From positions 224,001-288,000 of the forward strand of contig CAWBAT010000006.1 in the NCBI GenBank assembly GCA_963786955.1: a stretch of DNA of 64,000 nucleotides, in the 5' to 3' direction. The notes beneath the pieces are model-generated. The model ran no database searches and was not told where the DNA came from. It worked only from the letters and a program-made list of their open reading frames with translations. Origin of the DNA: an uncultured Acidimicrobiia bacterium (lineage in GTDB: Bacteria; Acidobacteriota; Terriglobia; Versatilivoradales; Versatilivoraceae). Below are positions 43,728-54,841 of this stretch, one piece after another. A program made the position numbers and the translations under genes. How positions within the stretch are numbered: position 1 is the stretch's first letter; every line of letters starts with the position of its first letter.

Positions 43728-46700
43728 TCAATTCCCTTGGACTCTCTCACACTCGATCAGCGGCCCAAAAATATCCATTGAAAGCGACTCAAATTCTTCA
43801 TCCAGAGGATTGATATCGCGGAATCCCAGCCAGTGGTAAGGGTCCTGACACTCCACCATTCCTTTGATAAAATCATTTCCATTCCACTTTGATTGCGCCA
43901 CTTGTAGAGCCTCTTCCGGGCTTTTCCCTTTGTGACGAGCCTCCGCATAACTCCAGGATGCACTCGGGAAGAAATGCAAGGGGAGACACAGCCCTCTCCA
44001 GTAAAGGTCTAGCAGCTTTTCCAAAATCTTCCCCGGTTCTTTAACTGGCTGATAGATCCTGACCCCATCCTGACCAACGAGGACACTCTCCAAGGGATAT
44101 CCTTCAACCATTAAATGATTGAGGACTAAATGTTCAACCCAGATGGCGAGCCGGTCTTTTGGTTTCAGATCAGCACAGCGAAACCTTAGGAGGTGTCTAG
44201 AGTAAACATCCCGCAGCATCCCTCTGAGCTGGAAGCCCGCGCATAAACAATCGATATCAAGGTCATCTTCTTTGGGCCCCGACAAATAAGGCAACAGGCT
44301 TTCGGTGTACGTTTCCACTTCACGAACCAATTGCCGAAACCTGACCTCCCCCGGAACTTGGGGAGGTAAGACTCCTTTCGCCCGAACATACGGAAGCAAC
44401 TCTTTGAGCTTAATTCCATGCAAGCCTTTTTCCAGCATATCTTGCTTGAGAGTGTAGTCATCCAATGAATCGAGGGAAAACGGCTCGGCATCTTGCAAGA
44501 TTTCCGTATTCTTCTGGAGGAGCAGGCCCAGCCGGCGGTGTAGCAAAAACTCGGTAGGTTTTTGCAGAAACTTCTGCAGATCTTTAATATCAACCATCCT
44601 CCATTCTTTCCCTGGTTCGCTAATCGGTTCGGAAACAAATGCACTAGCCTTCCAGTTTGAGGACTCGCGAGCCGCCAATCCTTCACAATTTTCTTTGGAA
44701 TAGCTAAACCATCTCGAATCACGTGAAAAGTAAGAAGGGCTGTATGCCTGGAGGGGGTGACGCATCACAATTGATCCGATGCCTTGCGGAAGGTCGAATC
44801 CTTGCTCGATGACGTCCTGTAAATCACTGATCACAACCGAAGGCGGCAACTCTGAATTATCCACCGTGCTCTGCCCAACGTAGCTGATGTGTAAGGCGTC
44901 GCGGGCAGATAGAACGGCTTCCAGAAAGAGGTAACGATCTTCCTCTCGCAGGGAGCGGTCTCCGCGACGACGGTTCGTGCCGATGAGGTCAAAACCGACC
45001 TGCGAGTCATGTCTGGGAAAGCTGTCATGATTCATGCCCACCATGGCAATCATGCGAAACGGAATGCTCCGCATCGGAAGCATGGCGCAAAAGGTGACTC
45101 TCCCGGTGAGGAAGTTCAGCGCCGAACCTTTCTGGTCTAGAAGCCTTTCCACATGATAGCGAAGAGACTCAATTCGAATGGGCCGGTCATATTGGCTCCG
45201 TTCCTGAATTTTTCTTAATTGTCGGAGAGTACTGCGGATGAGCTGAAAGTCCAGCGTGCTGTCTTCATCCTCTTTAAAGAGCGTCGTCAGCATCTCGAGA
45301 AGAGCCTCACTCCAACTGGTCAGAGAATGCGGCGCCTCGAGCCGGCGAAGCGTTTCAAAGAGGCTATTGAGCAAGTCCAGAAATTGTCCCAAGAGCTGGC
45401 CTTGCTTCCCTTCAATCCCGCCAAAGGCGAGGATCCCCTCAAGAAGCTGGGCCCCCTCTGGCGGTAGGGCATACCCCAGAATCAATCGATCCAAACCGGC
45501 TTTCCATGTGTTCTCAGGAAAATCAGCTAGCCCTTGGGCGAGACGTGAAATCGAATCCATTCCCCAATGGATTCGGGTTTCTTCTAGCCAATGGTGAATC
45601 CGGACCATTTCCTCAGCCGAGATTCCAAAATGCTGATGGATGCAGGGTGAATCTAAAAGATCGACGACTTCAGTAACCTTGAGTCGACTTCCCACCAGGT
45701 GCAAGATTTTCAAAAAGGCTTGAATCACCGGACTGGCGGATTTGGCGCCCCGATCCGCAATCGCAAAAGGAATTCGCTTGGTTTCATTGGATTCACTTTC
45801 AAAGACTGCTTCAATGAAGGGCGCATACTTTTCAATATCGGGGGTCATGACCAAAATATGGTGTGGTTGGAGATCCGGATGTTTCTCGAAAAGAGACAAG
45901 AGATAATCGTAGAGCACTTCCATTTCCCGCATCGGACCATGACAGGAATGAATTCGAATGGAGTGATCTTGGGATGAAAATCTTTTCTTGCCAAGATCCT
46001 TGCCCCTCGTTCGCAAATGGAGGATATCCGATTGAACGCAGTGGAGCAGACTTCCCTCTCCAGGATCATCAAACTGCTCTTCTTGTTCTTCAGACTGACG
46101 GTCGAGAAGTAATCCAAAATACTCCTTACCGAGATTGCCGAAGGAGGCCAGCAGTGGATTGCCTGTTTCAAAATGATCCTCTGCGTCGACTCCGTGAATC
46201 GCCTGCTGGCGTCGTTTAATCTTGGCCTGTTGTTTTTCGGACAAAATCTCCCCCCAATATTCCATCGTTGGGTTCATGAAAAACACGTGAACTTTGGAAA
46301 ATTGAGAACAGGCGGTCAGTACATCCAAATGGAAAGGGGGAGCTGGGGAATTCCAAACACAGAGATTCGGGGAGGAAGTGTTTTCACTTCGAAATTTCCC
46401 GATTGGAGCTTATCCAGCGACTTCCTTCTCCGATCCGCGCGATGCGTTCCTGGACCTTGACGGACGAGAAACCGCCATAAGAAGGCTTGCCAATGGGTCT
46501 CCTTCCCTCTTTCCCAATCGAAAAGGAGATCGGACCGGTAGATTGTGTAGTGATCAAAAACGTTTGCAATCTGTCCGGCCAACTGCAATTCCTTCAACCC
46601 AGTCCCATCATTGCTGAGATAAGACTGTAAATTCGAAAACTCCGGCCTTTCTAAGCACTGGGGCAGAATCCCTAAAATTCTCCACTGCAGAATTTCCGGT

Positions 46701-46963
46701 GAGAAAAAGTCTTCCTCCAAATCTTCGCCGATGAGCGCGTTGAAAATCTCAGACACGATCGCATTGGGAAAAAGGAACCGGCAATTTGCCCAAATTCCAT
46801 GGCGCAGCGCAAGTTGTTGAGAGAGCCATCGAGCCATCCCCTGGCTCTGGACGACGATCACCTCACTCGTGAGGGGATTATCTAACGGCTCGGCCACCAA
46901 ACTGGCCAATTCGTCGACCAGGAGTTCGGTTCGATTGCTAAAGTGGAGAATAAGTCCTGGCAT
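43728..46963 (-). CDS. recC: Exodeoxyribonuclease V gamma subunit (frameshift near 46320)
   Basis: HFSNRTE, VQSQGMARWL, NPLLASFG, HSCHGPMREMEVL, VMTPDIEKYAPFI, PMRSIPF, DRYLFLE, HPLQAYS. Confidence 0.95.
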
Positions 46964-46990
46964 AATGAAGACGGAAGGAAGAAAACGCGA

Positions 46991-47128
46991 GTAACAACAG
47001 GCCTCCCGGCCTGTTGTCCGGGGTTTGGACATTTGTGCAAGTTTGTAGTCCCGCTTTAGCCGGTCCGGAACATCACCGCCTGAAGGCTGTACTACAAACT
47101 TGTCCCGGGCCAACGGCCCCGGCTACAA
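46991..47128. repeat. Mixed REP cluster upstream of recC; supplies the TAG stop of the HD gene
   Basis: AACAGGCCTCCCGGCCTGTT, TTTGTAGTCCCGCTTTAGCCGG..CCGCCTGAAGGCTGTACTACAAA, CGGGCCAACGGCCCCGGCTACAA. Confidence 0.85.
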
Positions 47129-47692
47129 CGATTTTGCCAAAATTTCTCGACCTTCACGAAGAACCTCAAGAAAAAGTTGTTCTAGCGCCCCATTCACCCC
47201 TCGACAGCCCGTTACGACACGCTCCGTCCAATCAAAGTATTCCCGGCGTCTGGAGATTTCCCAATGTGTTGGAGGTGAATGCGATACGTCGCGGACATTG
47301 CAGATCTTGTCCGCAATCCGGATCATTTTTGCGCTTGGAGACAATCCGGTTACTTTTCTGACCTGCAGTTCTTTTCGGATGGATTTTTCGAGAGTCTTAT
47401 CGTCAGTGACCTCTTCCACGAGGCGGCAAACCTCTGGACCGAATAATTGTTCCAGCTCTGATCGGGTTGTTTCCGTGTCCTCCAAAGTGTCGTGGAGGAC
47501 GGCCGCAATCAGGATTTGGGGGTCTACGACCTGCCCGACTTCAGCCAGGATCCGGGCTACCTCGATGGGATGATTGATGTATGGAGAGCCCTCGGGGTCT
47601 TTACGCCTCTGACAACGGTGTTTCTGAGCAGAAAACGAAAGGGCGGACAGAAGTCGGACTGTATCGCTGTCTGGTGGGCGCATCGATATCAT
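47123..47692 (-). CDS. Stand-alone HD-domain hydrolase, Mesh1/small alarmone hydrolase-like
   Basis: KHRCQRRKD, PYINHP, AAVLHDTLEDT, VEEVTDDK, ADKICN. Confidence 0.9.
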   Translation of the reverse strand: MISMRPPDSDTVRLLSALSFSAQKHRCQRRKDPEGSPYINHPIEVARILAEVGQVVDPQILIAAVLHDTLEDTETTRSELEQLFGPEVCRLVEEVTDDKTLEKSIRKELQVRKVTGLSPSAKMIRIADKICNVRDVSHSPPTHWEISRRREYFDWTERVVTGCRGVNGALEQLFLEVLREGREILAKSL

Positions 47693-47715
47693 TTGGAAGG
47701 CAAAAGTAAGTTGAC

Positions 47716-48123
47716 TTATTTTTTCACTTCGGATTTGACGAATCTCAACGAAGCCGAATTCGTGCAATAACGTAGGCCGGTCGGTTCCGGACCGTCTTCA
47801 AAGACGTGCCCAAGATGAGCGCCACAATGACTGCACTGAATTTCAACTCTCCTCATGCCCAAACTATCGTCGACTTCGGTCGAGACGTTCTCACCGGCGA
47901 CGGGCTGCCAAAAGCTTGGCCAACCGGTGCCGGAATCATACTTTCTATCTGAGGCGAATATCGGATTGTTACAACAGACGCAATGGTAGATGCCTGCTTC
48001 GTGGTGATCCCAATATTCGCCTGTAAATGCCGGTTCGGTTCCTTTCTTACGGGCTACGTAAAACTGAAGTGGGGTTAACTGACTCAACCAATCCTTATCC
48101 GACTTGTGTAACTTATTACTCAC
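47716..48123 (-). CDS. msrB: Peptide methionine-(R)-sulfoxide reductase
   Basis: GTEPAFTGEY, CVCC, KYDSGTGWPSF, CSHCGAHLGHVFEDGP, RYCTNS. Confidence 0.97.
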   Translation of the reverse strand: MSNKLHKSDKDWLSQLTPLQFYVARKKGTEPAFTGEYWDHHEAGIYHCVCCNNPIFASDRKYDSGTGWPSFWQPVAGENVSTEVDDSLGMRRVEIQCSHCGAHLGHVFEDGPEPTGLRYCTNSASLRFVKSEVKK

Positions 48124-48324
48124 AGGAATCCTTTCTACTTTGGTAAATTCCGAGCTATTATTCTAACGTAGTTCAAGTTTTCGGGGTAGTCTCGTCTGCC
48201 GCCATCCCTGAGTATATAGAGCTGCACTGGGAAACTTCTGTTTCTTCGCGGAATAAACCTCCTGAACTTACGGGTTGCTGGATTAACCTGGCTGAGGACC
48301 ATGTTCGATTCGCTAGGAAAAGCA

Positions 48325-48975
48325 ATGAGTCAGTCAAAACTACAGCCCTCCGCAATTCCAAGCCCACACAATTTGCCTCGAGAGGTCATTATCAGTCCTG
48401 ACACACTCCGCGAGCAACGAATTCCCCCCCGGCAAGCAAGGACCTTGAAATGGCCCGTGTTGGACGCAGGAGGCCCGCCTACCGTCGATTTGAATCGCTG
48501 GAAGTTTATTGCCAAGGGGCTTGTGGAAAATCCAAAGTCATGGACTTGGGAGGAGTTCCGCACCCTTCCCCGCTCAAAGGTTTTCTCTGATTTCCATTGT
48601 GTAACCCGTTGGTCCCGATTGGGAAATCTCTGGGAAGGAGTCCGCACGGTAGATTTGCTGAAGCACATTACTATCCTAAGCGAAGTCCGGTTTGTCCTCG
48701 TTCATGCTTATGACAGTGGTTGGACAACCAACATGCCCCTGAATACCTTTCTGGCCGAAGATTCGATCCTCGCTGACACACACGACGGAGAGCCTATTCC
48801 GTTGGAGCACGGAGGGCCCTTGCGATTAGTGATCCCTCGGCTCTATGCCTGGAAGAGCGCAAAATGGGTTCGTGCTTTGGAATTTCTTGCCCAAGACAAA
48901 CCGGGTTACTGGGAGCAAGGGGGATATCACATGAATGGGGACCCTTGGAAAGAAGAACGATTCCGGTCGCGATAG
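48325..48975 (+). CDS. Sulfite-oxidase-like molybdopterin oxidoreductase (YuiH-like)
   Basis: KWPVL, DFHCVTRWS, EHGGPLRLVIP, YAWKSAKW, GYWEQGGYH. Confidence 0.9.
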   Translation: MSQSKLQPSAIPSPHNLPREVIISPDTLREQRIPPRQARTLKWPVLDAGGPPTVDLNRWKFIAKGLVENPKSWTWEEFRTLPRSKVFSDFHCVTRWSRLGNLWEGVRTVDLLKHITILSEVRFVLVHAYDSGWTTNMPLNTFLAEDSILADTHDGEPIPLEHGGPLRLVIPRLYAWKSAKWVRALEFLAQDKPGYWEQGGYHMNGDPWKEERFRSR

Positions 48976-49233
48976 ATGCTGACCGGGCAGAACCAGGAGG
49001 CACCTTATTTCGATGATAAAGAAGGAGGTAGCCTATTCCATAGGGTAGTGTACGAGGGTACCTGTTTGAACCGTTACAGGTAAGTCATCGTGAGCAACCT
49101 GTGACTTTTTCCTAACCGGGTAGCCATCAAATGATGATAAGTCGTATATCGTTGACCAGCCTGGGCTAATAGGACAATGGCACCATGTTCAGCAGCGACA
49201 AAGTGAAACCCATGTACTTTTCCAGACTACTCA

Positions 49234-49264
49234 TGATACAAAAAGTGAATCCCAGCTGCATACT
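49234..49264 (+). promoter_or_regulatory. Putative autoregulatory ECF promoter, copy 1 (TGATACAAAA-N10-AGCTGCATACT)
   Basis: Identical blocks and spacing at 51340-51370; ATG follows 2 nt later with no SD sequence. Confidence 0.82.
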
Positions 49265-49266
49265 AT

Positions 49267-49935
49267 ATGCAGAGCTTTTCTAACTGGGCACAATTGCGGC
49301 AAATGGATGGGGGTTTCCCCTTCCCTTATAAAGTTCCAGTGAACCTGCAGAAATTACAAAAGAGCTCTGACGAAGAATTGATGGAGTATCTCCGACTTGG
49401 CCAAAATGATGCCTTGTCGATTCTCTTCGATCGGTATTATCGGCTAGTTTTTAGTGTGGCTATTCGCATTCTTCGGGATCATGGCGAAGCAGAGGATCTA
49501 ATGCAAGATGTTTTTCTCGATGTCTTTCATAAGGTTGACCAGTACGATGCCGCCAAAGGAAGCGCCAAGACTTGGATCCTTCAATATGCTTATCATCGCA
49601 GCTTGAATCGCCAGAAGTATTTAACGATAAGAAACTTCTATGACGGCCAAGAACTGCCCATTCCGATCGAGTGGGACCCGTCCCAATCATCAAACTCCTG
49701 GAACGGCTTGACCTTTTCAGACTGGGCTGCCGTTATAGAAAAGGGAATGGCTTCCTTGACAGAAAAGGAGAGAACGACGATCAACAAGGCCTACTACCAG
49801 GGGATGGAATTGAAAGAGATTGCGGATCAATTGCATGAACCGCTTGCGAACGTCCGCAACCACTATTATCGCGGTTTGAAGAAGCTCCGGGATTTCTTGC
49901 AGGAGCAGTCGTGCTTTAGGCGGAAGAGAGCATGA
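49267..49935 (+). CDS. ECF sigma factor (SigK-like)
   Basis: SDEELM, ALSILFDRY, EAEDLMQDVF, YDAAKGSAKTWI, AYYQGMELKEIA, VRNHYYRGLKKLR. Confidence 0.93.
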   Translation: MQSFSNWAQLRQMDGGFPFPYKVPVNLQKLQKSSDEELMEYLRLGQNDALSILFDRYYRLVFSVAIRILRDHGEAEDLMQDVFLDVFHKVDQYDAAKGSAKTWILQYAYHRSLNRQKYLTIRNFYDGQELPIPIEWDPSQSSNSWNGLTFSDWAAVIEKGMASLTEKERTTINKAYYQGMELKEIADQLHEPLANVRNHYYRGLKKLRDFLQEQSCFRRKRA

Positions 49936-49953
49936 GATGCCAGGAGAATCAGT

Positions 49954-51321
49954 ATGTTAAATCCCAATGAGTTAACTCATGAGTATTTCGAAGAACTCTG
50001 CTCTTTGGCAGTCATTGGTCGCATTACAGCCGGAGAATTTGAGCTTCTCAAGACTCATTTGCAGACCTGTCTAAGCTGCCGGTCCTGCCTGACGGATTTT
50101 AATGAGATTGCGCACGAACATTTACCCTTGCTGGACGCAGGTGAGGAAGTCTACTCCGAATCTGGAAATGTAACATTCCATGATGCCAGTTACAAACATC
50201 GGTTCGTACAGAGAGCCGCCGCGGAGGGAATCATCTTTTTGGATGGGTTCGAGAGAAGAGTTAATGACTTGAAAGGGAGGCAGCCGCATTATTTGCCGTC
50301 TTATCCTTGGTCGTGGAAAAGCATCTCTGCAGCAGTCGCGGCGTTGTTTTTATTTGGAGTCCCTTTCTTCTTAATGAGAAGTCAGATGCAGGAATTGCGA
50401 AAAGAGAATGACGTTGCCAGGCAGGAGATATCGAGGCTCAAAGGTGGGATGACTTCCACATGGCAGATCAGCCAATCCCGCTTGGGGCAACCTTCTGTTG
50501 AAGCCGGGCCAATTCAGCAACTTCAGGAAACGAGAATCCAGTCATCGAACGAAGATGGCGGCCTCAAGGTTTCCACGCTTCAGCAAGAGCTTCGCAAAAC
50601 TCAAGTGGATTATGAGGCAGCTCTACTGAAATCCAAATCTCTTGAAGAACAATTGCAGAAAGCCTCCGGTGAGTTGAATTCATTGCGAAACGAAGTGATA
50701 ACGGTTCAGAACAGCTCGAGTGCCAATGACAAATTAAAGGAAACTGAAACGGCTCTTCAGCAGGTCACGGGGGAATTAGATCGTTTGCGACGAGAGAAAA
50801 ATCAAACAACAAGCTTGATTGCGTCCCAACAAAACCAGCTACGCGAATTTAACGACAAATTGACCCAGCAAACTGAAAAACTAGAAAGTGAAAGAGAGCT
50901 ATGTTTCCACAAGCCGTGAAATCCGCAATTTAATGGGATCTCGGAACTTGCACATCATCGATGTGACCGATGTAGACAGTCGGGGAACCCAGCGACCCTT
51001 TTGGCCGGGTGTTTTACACCGAGGGAAAATCACTATTATTTTATGCTTACGATCTCGACAGGAAGAAGAAATCCCTCGAGAGATTTTCATTCCAGGCCTG
51101 GGGACAGGTTGGGTACAAAGTCCGGGCCGGTCCAGAGTTTGGGTCTTTTCCAAGCTGACGATCAAGCCCAAAACAGGTGGGTTTTGCGCTGCGACGATCC
51201 TACCCTTCTTGCACAAATAGACTCCGTTTTTGTGACCATCGAACCCACAGGTGGAAGCTCCCGACCCCAAGGCCAGCAACTCATCTATGCCTTCCTTAAG
51301 GCAAATCCGAATCATCCTTGA
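49954..51321 (+). CDS. Zinc-finger anti-sigma factor with long periplasmic coiled coil and RskA-like C-domain (frameshifted near 50905-51110)
   Basis: HLQTCLSC (HxxxCxxC), TM ISAAVAALFLFGVPFFL, ~180-aa Q/E/L/K-rich heptad region, SLGLF..FVTIEPTGGSSRPQG. Confidence 0.85.
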
Positions 51322-51339
51322 TAATTTTGGCCGTCACCT

Positions 51340-51370
51340 TGATACAAAACAGCTTCCCGAGCTGCATACT
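51340..51370 (+). promoter_or_regulatory. Putative ECF promoter, copy 2, directly before the TonB-dependent transporter ATG
   Basis: TGATACAAAA-cagcttcccg-AGCTGCATACT-taa-ATG. Confidence 0.82.
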
Positions 51371-51373
51371 TAA

Positions 51374-54300
51374 ATGACGTATTCAAAAGAGAAGACAGCC
51401 AGGATTCTAGTGTCGTCAGCGAGAATCCTTGTTTTTTTCCTTTTGTTCATAGTTGTGCCGGCGCGAGTCTTGATTTGGGCAAGCCCAACAGCAACTTTGA
51501 CCGGGCGAGTCACCGATTCTCTGGGTGGGGTTCTTGAGAAAGCTCAAATTGAAGCCACTAACCTCGAAACGAATACTGTTTTCCAGGCAAAGACCAGTAA
51601 AGATGGGCTCTATCGAATCCCGAACCTGCCTCCAGGGCCTTATCGAATCATCGTCCGGATGTTTGGTTTCCGAACCATCGTTAAGCCCGGCGTCAAACTC
51701 CACGTTCAAGACATTATTGCGCTAAATTTTTCGATGCAGGTGGGTTCCACCATTTCTAGCGTGACTGAAGCAGGAAGGGGTTCCATTGATCCAGGCTGAA
51801 ACTGCGATGCAGAGTACTACCGTCAATCAATTGACTTTAGGTGAGCTTCCCTCGTTGACTCGAAATCCGTACGATTTTGTCTCTCTCACGCCGGGCGCCA
51901 TTCAGGTGAATGCCAAACGAGGCATCGGCTTTTCACTGAACGGCCAACGGCTGGAAAGTGGGAGTTTTCTGCTGGATGGAAGCGACAATAATGAACCCTA
52001 CGAATCAGGACCTGGCCAGATTGTCCCACTTGATTCCGTGCAGGAATACCGGCTCATGACCAATAGTTATACCGCCGAATATGGGCGCAATGTGGGCTAT
52101 ATAGCCAACGTGGTAACTAAAAGCGGCGACCAATGATTTGCAGGGCGTACTCTATTATTTTAATCGCAATTCTAGTCTTGCCTCCAATACTTACGAGAAC
52201 AATGCCAGGGGTAACCCTAAAGCCAGTCTTCAATCGGAACCAGTTCGGCGGCGCTATTGGTGGCGCAATTGTCCGCGATAAGCTTTTTTACTTTGTGGCG
52301 GTCGAACCGATCATCGTTCGCAGTTCCGCTGCCATCAGTTACTACGTCCCTACACCGCAACTCCTCGCTATCAGTTCGCCTGGAACGAATGCCATTTTCC
52401 AAGGATTCCCACTTCCCTGAACGCTATCCACAACCGACGTGAGCACTCGTACGGTGTGCCCTTTTGGGCGGGGATGTGGTTCGAAGATCAGTAGCGGATA
52501 TGTCACTATTCCGGCATTTGCAGCGACTTCAAGAACCGGACCTATCGATGCCGGCGCCGGCGCCCCCCAGGACACGACTCTTTGGACGGCGCGAATGGAT
52601 TACAATATCAATGACCGCACGACCCTCAACGCCCGCTACGCGTTTCAGAATTCTGATTTCTTTCCTACCGTTAGTCAGCCCTATTCAGTTTCTCTGGACC
52701 AAAGTTCGCTAGTCAGAAATCAAAATGTCACTTTGAACCTGACCCGATTTTGGACCGGTAATTTCTTTACTGAATCACGGCTGGTATATTACCGGCTTGA
52801 TTACGAAAGCACGTCGGCACCTCTGGCTGGCTATCCGTCCTATAATATTACCGGGGATGCAATCAGCGGTTCAGCCGGAACACTCTCTCTCCCGTCCGGT
52901 AAAAACCCCTTCGGAGGACCTCAGAATAACTATCAGTTTTACCAGGGTGCCAGTTGGATTCGAGGGAAGCATAATTTAAAAATCGGTGGGCAATTTTTTC
53001 AGTTGCGTGACAATCGTTTGCCTTCCGAAGTTTCCATCAGTCGAAATAATCAAGGCGAATTTCGCGACTTGCAGGATTTTGTAAACGGATTCCTCTCGTC
53101 CTATCAGATCCTGCTCGACCCCAAGGGTCACGTTCCTGGGGAAACCATCAATCCCCCTTATGGCCCTCCAGGACTTCGTCGCCATCTCCGATTCAATGAT
53201 TTCGCGGTATTCTTTCAAGACACTTGGAAGCTTTCCCCTCGGCTGACACTATCTCCGGGACTCCGCTATGAATATTTTGGACAAGGGCACAGAACCGGCC
53301 AAGAAGCCCCGTTGGATACGAGTTTTTACACCAGCGCCGATTCGAATCCTTATTCTCGGATTGCCAACGGCAAACTCCTCCGAACAATTGATGCTCCTGG
53401 AGAATACAACGGGCATTATTCCCGTCCGGACCGATCGAATTTGGGTCCGCGGATGGGACTCGCCTACGACCTGAATGGCAATGGCAAGACTGTATTGCGC
53501 ATGGGAGGCGGACTGTTTTTTGATCGATTGAATGGATTTGCTTATGACAATTTTAATCCGCCAACATTCAGTTTGACACGGCTTCAAAACTTTTATCTGA
53601 ATCCAACCTCCATCGGGAACCCCTATGCCGTGTTCCCTTCGGGCCCGATGCAGGTTCCCCAGAGCGCTATCATTAACTTAGATCAAAACCTCCAGACAGC
53701 CACAACTTACCAATGGAATGCGACAATCGAGCATGAATTCTATCGGAATTTTCTTGTGGGCGCATCCTACCTGGGCTCCACAGGAAATCAGTTGTATCGA
53801 TTCGTCAACACCAACCGGATCGGCAGCGGAGAATTTCTGGGCCGCCCGGGAGAGCGACTTTTTAATACAGCTTCGGGAATCGCCACGATTACCAATGATG
53901 GATTTTCCAGCTACCATGGCTTTCAATTGCGGCTGGAGAGCATTACGTTCCAAACCCTGGGTCTTCATCTCGGCGCGAACTACACTTATAGCCATTCTCT
54001 CGATAATGTCAGCTCGCTGGCGGGAGACACGCTTACCGGGGGAGGCCCCTTTCCGCTCGATGCCTTTAATTCTCGCCTGGATAAAGCTTCTTCGGATTTC
54101 GATGTCCGGCAGCGGTTTGTCAGCTACTTCATTTGGCAAATTCCATCTCCCGTGAACACCAGCGGATTTAGACGACACCTTTTTGGAGGATGGGAAATTG
54201 GCGGGATTTTTTCTTTTCAAACCGGACAGCCGTTCAGCCTCTCTGACAACCTGGTTGTTGATCGAGACCTTGGTGAGAACACTCGGCCTCGCGTGTCTGG

Positions 54301-54772
54301 ACTATTGCCACAGGTTCTTGAGGGAAGTGCCCGCATTAAGGACGCGCGGACACCGAATGCCTTTTTGATTCTGCCAGTGAATTCAATTCGAAACTTTGAT
54401 GGGAGCTGCGACCCTCTGGCAGCGCCGCTGTCTTGCCAGATGTCCGTGAATGGACCCTTCGACGGCTCCCTGGGAAGGAACACCTTTACGCAGCCCGGAA
54501 CGCATTACGAGAACTTTGCTTTCATGAAGAACTTCAGCCTCAGCGGCTTGACGGGCAGGGAGAACATGAATCTTCAGTGCCGGGTGGAAGTCTACAATCT
54601 CTTAAACCATTCGAATCTTTATTTACGGGTGGATACAGGAAACGTGGCCGCTCCTTCGTTTAATGTCAATCCCGTATTGACCGTTCCAGGTGTCGTTGCG
54701 TCCTTTGGGACGCCTACTGGATTGCCACAAGAGGCCCGACAAATCGTGCTGGGGATGAAGCTAATCTTCTAA
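51374..54772 (+). CDS. Oar-like TonB-dependent transporter (several frameshifts)
   Basis: TATLTGRVTD, LPPGPY, VQEYRLMTNSYTAEYGR, RNQFGG, FFQDTWK..LRYE, GPRMGLAYD, C-terminal RQIVLGMKLIF. Confidence 0.92.
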
Positions 54773-54841
54773 TGTCCCCGAATCGGAAGCGTTAGAATTT
54801 TTGGGAGTATTGAATCGTAAGAGTGCGAATGAAATGGAGCC

